A DNA stretch of 64,000 bases from a virus: positions 96,001 to 160,000 of IMG/VR virus record IMGVR_UViG_3300047369_000650, one strand, 5' to 3'. The notes below the pieces were generated by a model that worked only from the letters and a program-made list of their open reading frames with translations, made no database searches and was not told where the DNA came from. The translations under genes and the position numbers were made by a program. Positions 30,049 to 39,876 of this stretch are shown one piece after another (positions within the stretch are counted from its first letter, which is position 1; each line of letters begins with the position of its first letter).

Positions 30049-31556
30049 TGGATATAGTTAAAGTACAGAAGAAAGATCATGCTAATATGATTATTGGGTG
30101 CGATTGGGGTATTGCTCAAGAGCTATCTGATTATTTTTCTTTTTTTGTTCCTGGTTATAAATTTATGCCTCTATATAAAAATAAGGTATGGGATGGCAAG
30201 ATAAGATTATTTAATGTGAATAACTGCGAGTTATCATGTGGGCTTATATCTTATGTAAAAGATTTCTGTGAAAAAAGAAATTATCCGTTAGAATATGAAA
30301 AAAGTAAATACGGTTTACCCGAATCATATAATAAAATAGATCCTAATAAGATTATGGAATTTATAAAAAGTCTTGATCTAAAAAGTAAAGGCGAACCTAT
30401 ATCCATAAGAGATTACCAATTTAATGCTATCTGTGAAGGTCTACAAAGAAAAAGATCCATACTATTATCGCCTACGGGTTCGGGTAAATCTTTAATTCTA
30501 TATTGTTTGGCTAAGTATTGGCTTCAGATGCTTACAGATGGATTTAATTATCCTAGAGCAGGTAAGGTTTTAATCATTGTTCCTACAACATCTTTAGTTG
30601 AACAAATGTATGGAGACTTTGCAGATTATGGACAAAATCCTACTGGTATGCATAAAATCTATTCAGGTAAAGATAAAGAATTTGATAGTGCTATCTGTAT
30701 AAGCACATGGCAATCCATTTATAAAATGCCACCCGCTTGGTTTGATCAGTTTGGTATGATTTTAGGTGATGAGTGTCACGGTTTTAAATCCAAATCACTT
30801 ACTAATATTATGAATAAATGTAAACTAGCAGAATATCGCTATGGTACTACTGGCACACTTGATGGAACACAAACGCACCAATTGGTATTAGAGGGTCTTT
30901 TTGGAAAGGTAATGAAAGTTACTACGACTAGAACTTTACAAGATAATCAAACTCTTGCTGATTTAGAAATTCTTATGATTCAACTACAATATAGTGAAGA
31001 GATAAAAAAGCAAATGGTCGGTCTACAATATCAGGATGAAATAGACTACATTGTAAAATATGAACAAAGAAATAAATTTATAAGAAATCTTGCTCTGGAT
31101 CAAAAAGGTAATACTTTAGTTTTATTTCAGTTTGTGGAGAAGCACGGAAAGCCTCTTTTTGAGCTGATAAATAGTAAGGCTAAAGAAGGAAGAAAAGTAT
31201 TTTTTGTAAGTGGTGCTACAGAAACATCTGATAGGGAAGCTATTAGAAAAATAACAGAGGGTCAGAAAGATGCTATCATCGTCGCTAGTCTTGGTACTTT
31301 TAGTACTGGTATTAACATACGGAACTTGCATAATATCATATTTGCTTCTCCGTCAAAATCCCAGATCAAAGTTCTCCAGTCTATTGGGAGGGGATTACGG
31401 AAATCAGAGGATGGAACGACTACTAAACTCTATGATATATCAGATGATTTCCAACACAAATCAAGAAAAAACTATGCACTCCTTCACAGCGAAGAAAGAT
31501 TAAAGATTTATAAAAAAGAAAAGTTTAAATTTAAATTTTACAAGGTTTCAATATGA
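30048..31556 (+). CDS. uvsW: UvsW DNA helicase
   Basis: SPTGSGKS, GDECH, GTTGT, STGINIRNLHN, QSIGRGLR. Confidence 0.96.
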   Translation: MDIVKVQKKDHANMIIGCDWGIAQELSDYFSFFVPGYKFMPLYKNKVWDGKIRLFNVNNCELSCGLISYVKDFCEKRNYPLEYEKSKYGLPESYNKIDPNKIMEFIKSLDLKSKGEPISIRDYQFNAICEGLQRKRSILLSPTGSGKSLILYCLAKYWLQMLTDGFNYPRAGKVLIIVPTTSLVEQMYGDFADYGQNPTGMHKIYSGKDKEFDSAICISTWQSIYKMPPAWFDQFGMILGDECHGFKSKSLTNIMNKCKLAEYRYGTTGTLDGTQTHQLVLEGLFGKVMKVTTTRTLQDNQTLADLEILMIQLQYSEEIKKQMVGLQYQDEIDYIVKYEQRNKFIRNLALDQKGNTLVLFQFVEKHGKPLFELINSKAKEGRKVFFVSGATETSDREAIRKITEGQKDAIIVASLGTFSTGINIRNLHNIIFASPSKSQIKVLQSIGRGLRKSEDGTTTKLYDISDDFQHKSRKNYALLHSEERLKIYKKEKFKFKFYKVSI

Positions 31557-31975
31557 TCGATATAAACAATGTTAAACAATTAAAAATAGCAGACGGTTCT
31601 GAAATTATTTGTGAAATAATGGAAGAGCTTGAAGAAGATATCGTTGTAAGAGGTGCTTTTAGAATAGCCAGAGTAGATTTGGATAACGAAAGAAGTTATT
31701 ATATGTTTAAGCCATGGATGACTTATGTTGAAGAATCAGATCATTTTATAACAATTAATCTATATCATCTAATAGCAGCTACTGTACCATCTAAAGATAT
31801 TTTGGATCAGTATGAGAATGCTATAGAAAAAATCAGTGAAGCGGTATCAGAAAGAAATGATAGTCTTGATGAAATACCAGAAGAAGAAATAAAAGAAAAA
31901 TTAAGTTTAACAAATGATTCAGAAGTTGATAATGTGCTTAAGTTTAATTTTATTGATAAAACTAAGCTTCATTAG
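31553..31975 (+). CDS. conserved T4-like hypothetical protein (Sm-like fold possible)
   Basis: KQLKIADGSEIIC; position between uvsW and gp55. Confidence 0.65.
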   Translation: MIDINNVKQLKIADGSEIICEIMEELEEDIVVRGAFRIARVDLDNERSYYMFKPWMTYVEESDHFITINLYHLIAATVPSKDILDQYENAIEKISEAVSERNDSLDEIPEEEIKEKLSLTNDSEVDNVLKFNFIDKTKLH

Positions 31976-32005
31976 TATTCCCTATCCTCAACTAACTACT
32001 CTTTT

Positions 32006-32034
32006 ATTATATACTAGATTCGTGCAACTGTAAA
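32006..32034 (-). promoter_or_regulatory. consensus sigma70-type promoter on - strand (antisense to uvsW operon)
   Basis: TTTACA (32034-32029)-17nt-TATAAT (32011-32006). Confidence 0.65.
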
Positions 32035-32068
32035 CCAAAAAGTGATGCGATAACAATAAAAATAGTTG

Positions 32069-32097
32069 TTTACATCTATTGTTAATTAGTTTATAAT
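32069..32097 (+). promoter_or_regulatory. sigma70-type promoter of gp55
   Basis: TTTACA-17nt-TATAAT. Confidence 0.8.
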
Positions 32098-32120
32098 ATA
32101 TATGTAAAAGGTTTATATTT

Positions 32121-32723
32121 ATGGCAAAAGCAAAAAAAACAAAAAACATACACTACATTAATAATTCAGAATTTTCATTGGCTATCGTGGAATATGTAAA
32201 AGAAGTTACAATAGCTAAAGAAACCGAAGAAAAACTTCCAGTAGTACCTGACTATATTGCTCGTAGTTTTCTTCAGATAGCAGAAAATTTATCTCACAAG
32301 TCTAATTTTATTCGGTATACATATCGAGAAGAAATGGTTATGGACGCGGTAGAAAATTGTCTGAAAGCTATAGAAAATTATAATATTAATGCTACAACTA
32401 GAACAGGTAAGCCAAATGCCTTCGCTTATTTTACTCAGATTATTTGGTACGCTTTCTTGCGTAGAATTACTAAAGAAAAGAAACAGCAAGAGATTAAAGA
32501 AAAATATTTAGCACAATCTGGGATTGATGCTTTTCTTGTTACAGAACTTGGTACTGATGATGCATCATCTCAAGTAGCTAACCACTTTATTGATACACTT
32601 AAAGATAGAATTGATAAAGTAAAAGCTTATGATACAGAAATTAAAACTTTTTCAAAAGAAACAAAAAATAGAAAGAAAAGAGCCGTTAACGTAGATTCAG
32701 ATCTATCTGACTTTTTGGAATAA
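32121..32723 (+). CDS. gp55: late transcription sigma factor gp55
   Basis: HYINN.EF, NFIRYTYREEMVMDAVENC, NAFAYFTQI; C-terminal clamp motif LSDFLE. Confidence 0.95.
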   Translation: MAKAKKTKNIHYINNSEFSLAIVEYVKEVTIAKETEEKLPVVPDYIARSFLQIAENLSHKSNFIRYTYREEMVMDAVENCLKAIENYNINATTRTGKPNAFAYFTQIIWYAFLRRITKEKKQQEIKEKYLAQSGIDAFLVTELGTDDASSQVANHFIDTLKDRIDKVKAYDTEIKTFSKETKNRKKRAVNVDSDLSDFLE

Positions 32724-32729
32724 TATATA

Positions 32730-33791
32730 ATGAAAATAGCAGTATTGAATGATACTCACTGTGGTATCAGAAACAGCTCTGATGTGTTTTTAAATAACGC
32801 AGCAGATTTTTATGAAAACATCTTTTTCCCGTATTGTAAAGAACATGATATTAAGCAAATTATTCATCTTGGTGATTATTATGATAATCGTAAGTTTATT
32901 AATTTCAGAGCTTTAAATCACAACCGTAAACATTTTCTGTCACACCTTCGTGACTATGGGATGTCTATGGACATTATACCTGGTAACCATGATACCTACT
33001 ATAAGAATACAAATGATTTAAATAGTCTAAAAGAACTCTTAGGTCATTTTATGAACGAAATTAATATTATTATGGAACCTCGTGTTCTGGAATATGATTC
33101 TCTTAAGATAGCAATGTTACCTTGGATCACTCAAGAAAATCACGATAAGTCTATGGAGTTTATTAAGAACTGTAAAGCAGACTGGTTAGGTGGTCATCTT
33201 GAATTAAGTGGATTTGAGATGATGAGAGGCATAGAAAATAAACATGGTATGGATCATAAACTTTTCTCACGTTTTGAGAAAGTTTTATCTGGACATTTTC
33301 ACACTAAATCAGTAAAAGATAATATTACATATCTAGGCACGCAGATGGAATTCTTTTGGTCTGATGCTCATGATAATAAACATTTCCACGTAATAGATAC
33401 AGAGACTCGTGAAATGGAAGCGATTAGAAATCCATACACACTATATGAAAAGATTGTGTATGATGATTCCAGACAAAGTTATTCAGACTTTAATGTGGAC
33501 CATTTAGATCATAAATTTGTAAAAATAGTTGTAATTAATAAGTCTGACCTCTTTACATTTGATCGTTTAGTTGATAGAATACAGAATAGAAAGATTCATG
33601 AACTAAAGATTGCAGAAAACTTTAATGAGTTTATTGGAGAGAATGTCGAAGATGAAAGTATATCAATGGAAGATACTGAAATTCTATTAGATAGTTATGT
33701 TGATGCAGTTGACACGGATCTGGATAAAGATAAAATAAAAGTAAATATGAGGAAACTTCTTACAGAAGCACAATCAATGGAAATAGTTTAG
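32730..33791 (+). CDS. gp47: recombination endonuclease gp47 (Mre11/SbcD-like)
   Basis: LNDTHCG, HLGDYYD, GNHD, GHLE, SGHFH. Confidence 0.95.
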   Translation: MKIAVLNDTHCGIRNSSDVFLNNAADFYENIFFPYCKEHDIKQIIHLGDYYDNRKFINFRALNHNRKHFLSHLRDYGMSMDIIPGNHDTYYKNTNDLNSLKELLGHFMNEINIIMEPRVLEYDSLKIAMLPWITQENHDKSMEFIKNCKADWLGGHLELSGFEMMRGIENKHGMDHKLFSRFEKVLSGHFHTKSVKDNITYLGTQMEFFWSDAHDNKHFHVIDTETREMEAIRNPYTLYEKIVYDDSRQSYSDFNVDHLDHKFVKIVVINKSDLFTFDRLVDRIQNRKIHELKIAENFNEFIGENVEDESISMEDTEILLDSYVDAVDTDLDKDKIKVNMRKLLTEAQSMEIV

Positions 33792-33907
33792 TGCCCAAAC
33801 AAGAAAGAATACACTGCCTATCTAAGAAATGGGAAAAAGCTTATAAGAAAGCAGCCAAGAAAAAAGATAGACAGAAATCTAAGAAACAAATAAGGCAAAA
33901 AGAATGA
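33791..33907 (+). CDS. 38-aa lysine-rich peptide (not in ORF track)
   Basis: GTG overlaps the gp47 stop; TGA overlaps the gp46 ATG; MPKQERIHCLSKKWEKAYKKAAKKKDRQKSKKQIRQKE. Confidence 0.55.
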   Translation: MPKQERIHCLSKKWEKAYKKAAKKKDRQKSKKQIRQKE

Positions 33908-35622
33908 TTATTTTTAAATCTATTCGATATAAAAACTTTTTATCGACTGGTAATAATTGGACAACTATTAGTCTTAACAGAACAAAATCAACTCTTATAG
34001 TAGGTCAAAACGGTGCAGGAAAGTCAACTATTCTTGATGCACTTTCTTTTGCGCTATTTGGTAAGCCGCATCGTAATATTAATAAACCTCAGTTAGTTAA
34101 TACTATTAATAATAAAGATAGTATTGTAGAGGTTGAATTTATTATAGGTAAAGCACTCTTCAAGGTTGTTCGTGGTATAAAGCCACAAATATTTGAAATA
34201 TGGAAAAACGGCGTGATGATTAATCAATCTTCTCATGCCAAAGAGTACCAGAAGGTCCTTGAGCAAAATATTATTAAGCTAAATCATAAAAGCTTTCATC
34301 AAATTGTTGTGCTAGGTTCTTCATCTTTTATTCCTTTTATGCAACTACCAGCACAGCATAGAAGAGATGTTATCGAGGATCTTCTGGACATTAATGTGTT
34401 TTCAAAGATGAATACTTTGATAAAAGAAAAGAATAGCACACTAAAAGAAAAGCTGAAAGATAATGCATATCAGCTTGACATTCTAAAGAATAAACTAGAG
34501 TCTCAAAGAAAATATATTAGAGATATTACACAGATTAATGAGGATGAGATTAGTGATAAAAAGAAAAAAATCTCAGAGGTCGAAAGTGAAATCAAGCAAT
34601 TACATAATAGTAATGCCGAATGTAGCGCTTTTAATGAAGCAAATGCCGAAGAGGTATCAAAGCAACTCAAAGAAGCAAATAATAAAAAACAAATCATTTT
34701 ACAAGATAAGGCCAGTGCCACATCAGAAATTAAAACAATCGTTGGCGATTCTAAATTTTATGAACAGAATGACACCTGTCCGACCTGTTCACAAGAAATC
34801 GAACCAGATTTTAAAAAGAGGAAAATACACGAATGTAAGCAAAAAGCACTACAAACTAAAGAAACCCTTGAAAGAATACAATCGGAAGCTAATGATGTAG
34901 CAACTTTAATAGATGTGTGGAACAACAAAGCTGAAGAAGTTAAAGATAATAATAATTTAATTAATACCAATAATAAACTTATAAGCTCGCATCAAAAACA
35001 TATCGATGGTTTAAATTTAGATATACAGAGACTTAGCTCCAGAGAAGGTGATATAGGAGAAGCTAACGAAGAACTTCATACTATGAATGAAGAAAGAAAC
35101 GAGTTAATGGAGCACAAATTAACTCTTAATGAAGAATATTCATATAATACTGTTATGGCTGAAATGTTAAAAGATACGGGTATTAAAACAAAAGTTATTA
35201 AACAATACATTCCCGTAATTAATAAATTAGTAAATCAATATCTTCAAGTTCTTGATTTCTTTGTGCACTTTAATTTAGATGAAAGCTTTCAAGAAACTAT
35301 TAGATCACGTCATAGAGATGCCTTCTCATATGATTCTTTCTCAGAAGGAGAGAAGCAAAGAATTGATCTGGCTCTATTGTTTACTTGGCGCATGATTGCT
35401 AAGATGAAAAATTCTGTAGCCACTAATTTACTCATATTAGATGAAACCTTTGATTCATCTTTGGATCATGACGGTGTTGATAATCTAATGAAAATTTTAC
35501 ATACTCTTGATGATAATACAAATGTGTTCGTAATCTCTCATAAAGGAGAAATACTTGATGGAAAATTTGAAGAAAAGCTGGAGTTTAAGAAAGAAAAAAA
35601 CTTTAGTAAGATGGTGGCATAA
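33904..35622 (+). CDS. gp46: recombination ATPase gp46 (Rad50/SbcC-like)
   Basis: GQNGAGKST, CPTC zinc hook, FSEGEKQR signature, LILDE, ISH. Confidence 0.96.
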   Translation: MIIFKSIRYKNFLSTGNNWTTISLNRTKSTLIVGQNGAGKSTILDALSFALFGKPHRNINKPQLVNTINNKDSIVEVEFIIGKALFKVVRGIKPQIFEIWKNGVMINQSSHAKEYQKVLEQNIIKLNHKSFHQIVVLGSSSFIPFMQLPAQHRRDVIEDLLDINVFSKMNTLIKEKNSTLKEKLKDNAYQLDILKNKLESQRKYIRDITQINEDEISDKKKKISEVESEIKQLHNSNAECSAFNEANAEEVSKQLKEANNKKQIILQDKASATSEIKTIVGDSKFYEQNDTCPTCSQEIEPDFKKRKIHECKQKALQTKETLERIQSEANDVATLIDVWNNKAEEVKDNNNLINTNNKLISSHQKHIDGLNLDIQRLSSREGDIGEANEELHTMNEERNELMEHKLTLNEEYSYNTVMAEMLKDTGIKTKVIKQYIPVINKLVNQYLQVLDFFVHFNLDESFQETIRSRHRDAFSYDSFSEGEKQRIDLALLFTWRMIAKMKNSVATNLLILDETFDSSLDHDGVDNLMKILHTLDDNTNVFVISHKGEILDGKFEEKLEFKKEKNFSKMVA

Positions 35623-36815
35623 TGCCTAATATCAAAATAACAACAGAACCTACAGGTAGAAGCCCAGAAAATAAATATTTCTTTGGCTCTAAAACAAAAT
35701 ATCTTGATCTTGATCGACCCAAGTATAATAAAATAGGTAATGAAGAAGATTATAAAGTAATGCATATGCGTATGGATCTAATGGATTATTCGCATAATCT
35801 TGTTTTTTATGCTGCTGGAATGTGCTTTCGTGTAGAGACTAATGATGATAGACACGCACAGTTTGTTCGTAATATGTTTCCAGTAGTAGATAATCCTTTA
35901 CAATATACTGCTGATTGGACAATTATTCATAATACTGAAATGGTGGTAGATAACCCATATATTTATGTCCATTTAGATGAATGTGTTATGTTAATTGGTG
36001 GTACTACATTTCTTGGTGAAATTAAAAAAGGCGTGTTTAGTATTATAAGTTTTGAATTACCAGTAAACGGTACTTTACCTATGCATTGTAGTGCTTTTAC
36101 TTATGATAATACAACTAATCTAATGTTTGGATTAAGCGGTACAGGTAAGACCACATTAAGTAGTGATCCCGACTATAAATTAATTAGTGATGATGAAGTT
36201 TATTGGGCTCAAGATGGTATTCGCATGGTAGAAACGGGTTGCTATGCTAAGAGTGAAGGCCTTAGCCCAGAGACACATCCTACAATCTTTTATGCAGTTG
36301 AAGATGCTAGAAATAAAGACTGTCTGGTAGTAGAAAATCCAGGTGTTCCAAATGCCAGATTAAGTTATCCAATCACTTCGGTTGAGAATGCATATCATGG
36401 AAATAAAAATTTTACTCATCCAGATAATATATTTTTCTTAACTATGGATGTAACTGGAAAGTTTCCAGCGGTAAGTAAAATTACAAACGGTACTATTAGG
36501 AGATTCTTTGAGACTGGTTATACAAGCCAGATGCCAGGAACTGAAGCCGGTACTAATGAAATTAAGAAAATATTTAGCCCCTGTTATGGTTCGCCGTTCA
36601 TGCCTAGAAAGGTAAGTGAATATAGTGATCTTCTAATGCAGAAGATACACGCAAATAACTGTAATGTATATTTAATAAACACTGGAATGGATAAATCTGG
36701 CAATAGACACGGTCTTGATTTTACTCGGCAGTGTGTAAAATCTGCTATAAAAACCGGAACTATAGCGGACGATAGTAAAGTTTGTTTAGAAATATTAGAA
36801 GAATTAATAAACTAA
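35622..36815 (+). CDS. pckA: ATP-dependent phosphoenolpyruvate carboxykinase (shortened, 397 aa)
   Basis: TGRSP, GEIKK, MHCSA, FGLSGTGKTTLS, DDE, GCYAK, NARLSYP, GYTS..PGTE, FSPCYG.PF. Confidence 0.9.
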   Translation: MPNIKITTEPTGRSPENKYFFGSKTKYLDLDRPKYNKIGNEEDYKVMHMRMDLMDYSHNLVFYAAGMCFRVETNDDRHAQFVRNMFPVVDNPLQYTADWTIIHNTEMVVDNPYIYVHLDECVMLIGGTTFLGEIKKGVFSIISFELPVNGTLPMHCSAFTYDNTTNLMFGLSGTGKTTLSSDPDYKLISDDEVYWAQDGIRMVETGCYAKSEGLSPETHPTIFYAVEDARNKDCLVVENPGVPNARLSYPITSVENAYHGNKNFTHPDNIFFLTMDVTGKFPAVSKITNGTIRRFFETGYTSQMPGTEAGTNEIKKIFSPCYGSPFMPRKVSEYSDLLMQKIHANNCNVYLINTGMDKSGNRHGLDFTRQCVKSAIKTGTIADDSKVCLEILEELIN

Positions 36816-36819
36816 TATG

Positions 36820-36848
36820 TTTACAACATTAACAATATATGATATAAT
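36820..36848 (+). promoter_or_regulatory. sigma70-type promoter of gp45
   Basis: TTTACA-17nt-TATAAT. Confidence 0.8.
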
Positions 36849-36882
36849 TAACTATATTTTATGAAACGGAGAAATAGATATA

Positions 36883-37557
36883 ATGGAACTTAGTGACTCT
36901 ACACTTTCAATTTTAAAGAATTATGCTTCGGTAAATTCTAATCTAGTTATTAATGAAGGTAGTACGCTTCAGACTATTTCTGAAGCAAAGAATATTCTTT
37001 CAAAAGCAGAGATTAAGGAAAGTTTTCCAAAAACATTTGGAGTTTATGATCTAAATGAATTTCTAGGTGTTTTAGGTTTAGTTGACTCGCCTCGTCTTAA
37101 CTTTGAAGAAAATTATGTTATCATTGGTGATTCTACTGGTAGATCAAAAGTAAAGTATTTTTATTCTGATACCGAAATGCTTACAACACCATCTAAAGAA
37201 GTGAAGATGCCGGATACTGATGTAAGATTTACTCTTGATGGAGATACTCTTGGTAAAGTTAAGCGAGCAGCTTCAGCTCTTGGACACAGTGAACTTCATG
37301 TCTCACCTAGCGGATCTGCAGTAAGTTTAACTGTTACATCTTCCGAAAATTCTACAGCAAATAGTTTCTCTATTGATGTGGAAGGTAGTTCATCCAGTGA
37401 TAAATACAACTTTGTCTTTAATATTTCTAATTTAAAGATTGACCAAGGAGATTATGAAGTAGAGATTTCTTCAAAATTAATTTCAAAATTTACCAAATCA
37501 GGAAGTGATCTTATGTATTGGATCGCTCTTGAAAAGACATCAACATACGGAGAATAA
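36883..37557 (+). CDS. gp45: sliding clamp gp45
   Basis: LSILKNYASVNSNL, FGVYDLNEFL, YWIALE. Confidence 0.94.
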   Translation: MELSDSTLSILKNYASVNSNLVINEGSTLQTISEAKNILSKAEIKESFPKTFGVYDLNEFLGVLGLVDSPRLNFEENYVIIGDSTGRSKVKYFYSDTEMLTTPSKEVKMPDTDVRFTLDGDTLGKVKRAASALGHSELHVSPSGSAVSLTVTSSENSTANSFSIDVEGSSSSDKYNFVFNISNLKIDQGDYEVEISSKLISKFTKSGSDLMYWIALEKTSTYGE

Positions 37558-37560
37558 TAA

Positions 37561-37761
37561 ATGTCTGATAATGAAGATACAAAACGTGCAATGGAATTAC
37601 TAAACCAAGTTTCTCGTAGCTCTATTGCTATTATTGATACTATTACTCAGAGAGGTGGTTTTCGAGGTGAAGAACTTTCCACTATCGGAAACTTACGTGA
37701 TCAATGCACACAAGGTGTTCAAATCGTAGAAAGCTGGAAGCAAGAACAAGCTGAAGATTAA
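37561..37761 (+). CDS. hypothetical protein
   Basis: 66-aa ORF between gp45 and gp44. Confidence 0.7.
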   Translation: MSDNEDTKRAMELLNQVSRSSIAIIDTITQRGGFRGEELSTIGNLRDQCTQGVQIVESWKQEQAED

Positions 37762-37783
37762 TTCTTAAGGATAAAACTATATT

Positions 37784-38722
37784 ATGAATAATGATTTTTT
37801 ATGGGTGGAAAAATACCGCCCAGCGACTATTGAAGATACTATCCTAACACCTAATCTAAAAACAATTTTTAAGAATATTATCAAGACCGGAGAGCTGCCA
37901 AATATGCTCTTTTCTGGTACTGCCGGTCTTGGTAAGACAACCGTAGCCAAAGCGTTATGTAACGAATTGGATCTTGATTATATTTTGGTTAACGGTTCAG
38001 AAGAAGGTAATATTGATACTCTTAGAACTAAGATTAAACAATTTGCATCTTCTGTCTCCCTGCAAGGTGGGTATAAAGTAGTTATTCTTGATGAGGCTGA
38101 TTACTTAAATCCCCAGAGCACCCAACCCGCCTTGCGGGGTTTTATAGAAGAATTTTCTAATAACTGTAGATTTATTCTTACCTGTAATTTTAAAAATAGA
38201 ATTATTGAACCACTTCATTCACGGTGTTCTGTGTATGAATTCAATACTTCTAAAAAAGATATGGCACCACTAGCTGCTCAAATGATGGCTAGACTTCAGA
38301 ATATTCTTAAATCTGAGAATGTAGAATTTGAGAATAAAGTTCTTGCTGAACTTATTATGAAATATGGCCCAGACTGGCGGCGTATTTTAAATGAAGCGCA
38401 AAGATATTCTATTGGTGGTAAGATTGACTCTGGTATTCTTGTTAATATTGGAGACCAATCTTTTAAGAGTCTTATGGATTTTCTAAAAGCAAAAGATTTT
38501 AAGAAAATGCGTTCATGGGTTGTAAATAATATTGATACCGATGCATCTTCTATCTTTAGAGGAATCTATGATAGAATGTCTGATTCTGTAAAACCACAAT
38601 CTATTCCTCAAGTCGTTCTCATTCTAGCCGACTATCAGTATAAGAATGCATTTGTAGCAGATCACGAACTTAATGTTGTGGCTTGTATGACAGAACTTAT
38701 GGCAAATGTGGAGTTTCAATGA
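37784..38722 (+). CDS. gp44: clamp loader large subunit gp44
   Basis: LWVEKYRP, GTAGLGKTT, ILDEAD, LHSRC. Confidence 0.96.
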   Translation: MNNDFLWVEKYRPATIEDTILTPNLKTIFKNIIKTGELPNMLFSGTAGLGKTTVAKALCNELDLDYILVNGSEEGNIDTLRTKIKQFASSVSLQGGYKVVILDEADYLNPQSTQPALRGFIEEFSNNCRFILTCNFKNRIIEPLHSRCSVYEFNTSKKDMAPLAAQMMARLQNILKSENVEFENKVLAELIMKYGPDWRRILNEAQRYSIGGKIDSGILVNIGDQSFKSLMDFLKAKDFKKMRSWVVNNIDTDASSIFRGIYDRMSDSVKPQSIPQVVLILADYQYKNAFVADHELNVVACMTELMANVEFQ

Positions 38723-38832
38723 ATATAGAAATTATAGTTTATAATATTATTTTTTGGTTTTCATATTATTGGATATGTTCTTTACCGGAACGTGTAATTC
38801 AAAAACAGATAGATGGGGCTAAAGATGTCTAA
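38719..38832 (+). CDS. 37-aa putative membrane peptide (not in ORF track)
   Basis: ATGA overlap with gp44 stop; overlaps the dexA start; MNIEIIVYNIIFWFSYYWICSLPERVIQKQIDGAKDV. Confidence 0.45.
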   Translation: MNIEIIVYNIIFWFSYYWICSLPERVIQKQIDGAKDV

Positions 38833-39418
38833 TTCAATTATTTTTGACTTTGAAACATTATCTACAAATAGATATAATTGTGTTGTAGTTTCGTTGGCTG
38901 CTCTTAAGTTTTCAGAAGATAATTTTACTTCTGGAAATGGGTATTCATTTAATGAACTAGTAGAATCTGCAAAGCTTATTAAATTTGATGTTCAAGATCA
39001 AGTAAAAAATCATAATCGGGTTATTGATAAGAAAACATTAGAATGGTGGAACGAGCAAGGTTCCGAAGCAAAGAAACAGTTAATTCCCTCCGATCGAGAT
39101 CAATCTATTACAGAACTTTATGATTTCTTTATTTCTACAATTGCTGATATGACCTTTAAAAGTAAAGTATATACAAGAGGTAATAATTTTGATCCTATTA
39201 TATTTGAAAATATTATGGATCAACTTCATAAACCTCATCCATATTCTTTTTGGCAACTACGAGATACTAGATCAATAATAGAAGGTCTGTCTTGGGGTAG
39301 CGGATTAAAAAATAGTTTTATGCCCGAAGGCTGCGATAACTTTATTCATCATGATCCAATTCACGATATAGCAGTAGACGTTATGAGAATGCAAACATTA
39401 GTAAGGGCTATATCATGA
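38825..39418 (+). CDS. dexA: DexA-like DEDDh 3'-5' exonuclease
   Basis: IIFDFETL, W..Q, NNFD, LRDTRS, HDPIHD. Confidence 0.8.
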   Translation: MSNSIIFDFETLSTNRYNCVVVSLAALKFSEDNFTSGNGYSFNELVESAKLIKFDVQDQVKNHNRVIDKKTLEWWNEQGSEAKKQLIPSDRDQSITELYDFFISTIADMTFKSKVYTRGNNFDPIIFENIMDQLHKPHPYSFWQLRDTRSIIEGLSWGSGLKNSFMPEGCDNFIHHDPIHDIAVDVMRMQTLVRAIS

Positions 39419-39795
39419 ATCATTTTGATTATTTAAATAGTATTAACTATTCTAAAGAAAATATTATGCACGATAATCTTGATGAGAAAGCATATAATTC
39501 TTTTATGGTTAATCGTGGTTTATCTTATTTCAATGATACAGTTATCTATGCAAATGAGATGAATAGATATGCTCATATAGATTCTAAGTTACAATATGAT
39601 TTTCTCAGAACTCTAATTAGAAAACGTAAAAGATTTTCAAAGTGGACAAAGGAAGATAAAAATTCAGATATTGACTTAATAAAAGAATATTATGGCTATT
39701 CTAAAGAAAAAGCATTTCAAGTTTTGCCATTATTATCTAAAGAACAACTTACGTTTATTAGTAAAAAGTTAAGTAAGGGTGGTAGAAAACCCTAA
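39415..39795 (+). CDS. gp62: clamp loader small subunit gp62
   Basis: YNSFMVNRGLS, ANEMN, IKEYYGYS.EKA. Confidence 0.92.
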   Translation: MNHFDYLNSINYSKENIMHDNLDEKAYNSFMVNRGLSYFNDTVIYANEMNRYAHIDSKLQYDFLRTLIRKRKRFSKWTKEDKNSDIDLIKEYYGYSKEKAFQVLPLLSKEQLTFISKKLSKGGRKP

Positions 39796-39806
39796 AAGTT
39801 ATATAT

Positions 39807-39814
39807 TATAAATA
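39807..39814 (+). promoter_or_regulatory. late promoter before regA
   Basis: TATAAATA. Confidence 0.65.
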
Positions 39815-39876
39815 GTTTTATCATGAAAAGAATCATGTATTATAACTATAATAATAAATTTACGTGAGTTGAAGAT

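Noticed and set aside
31944-31972. 17-aa minus-strand ORF after the antisense promoter as a confident CDS
   Set aside because: Too short and fully overlapping a + strand gene; kept only as part of the antisense-promoter finding.
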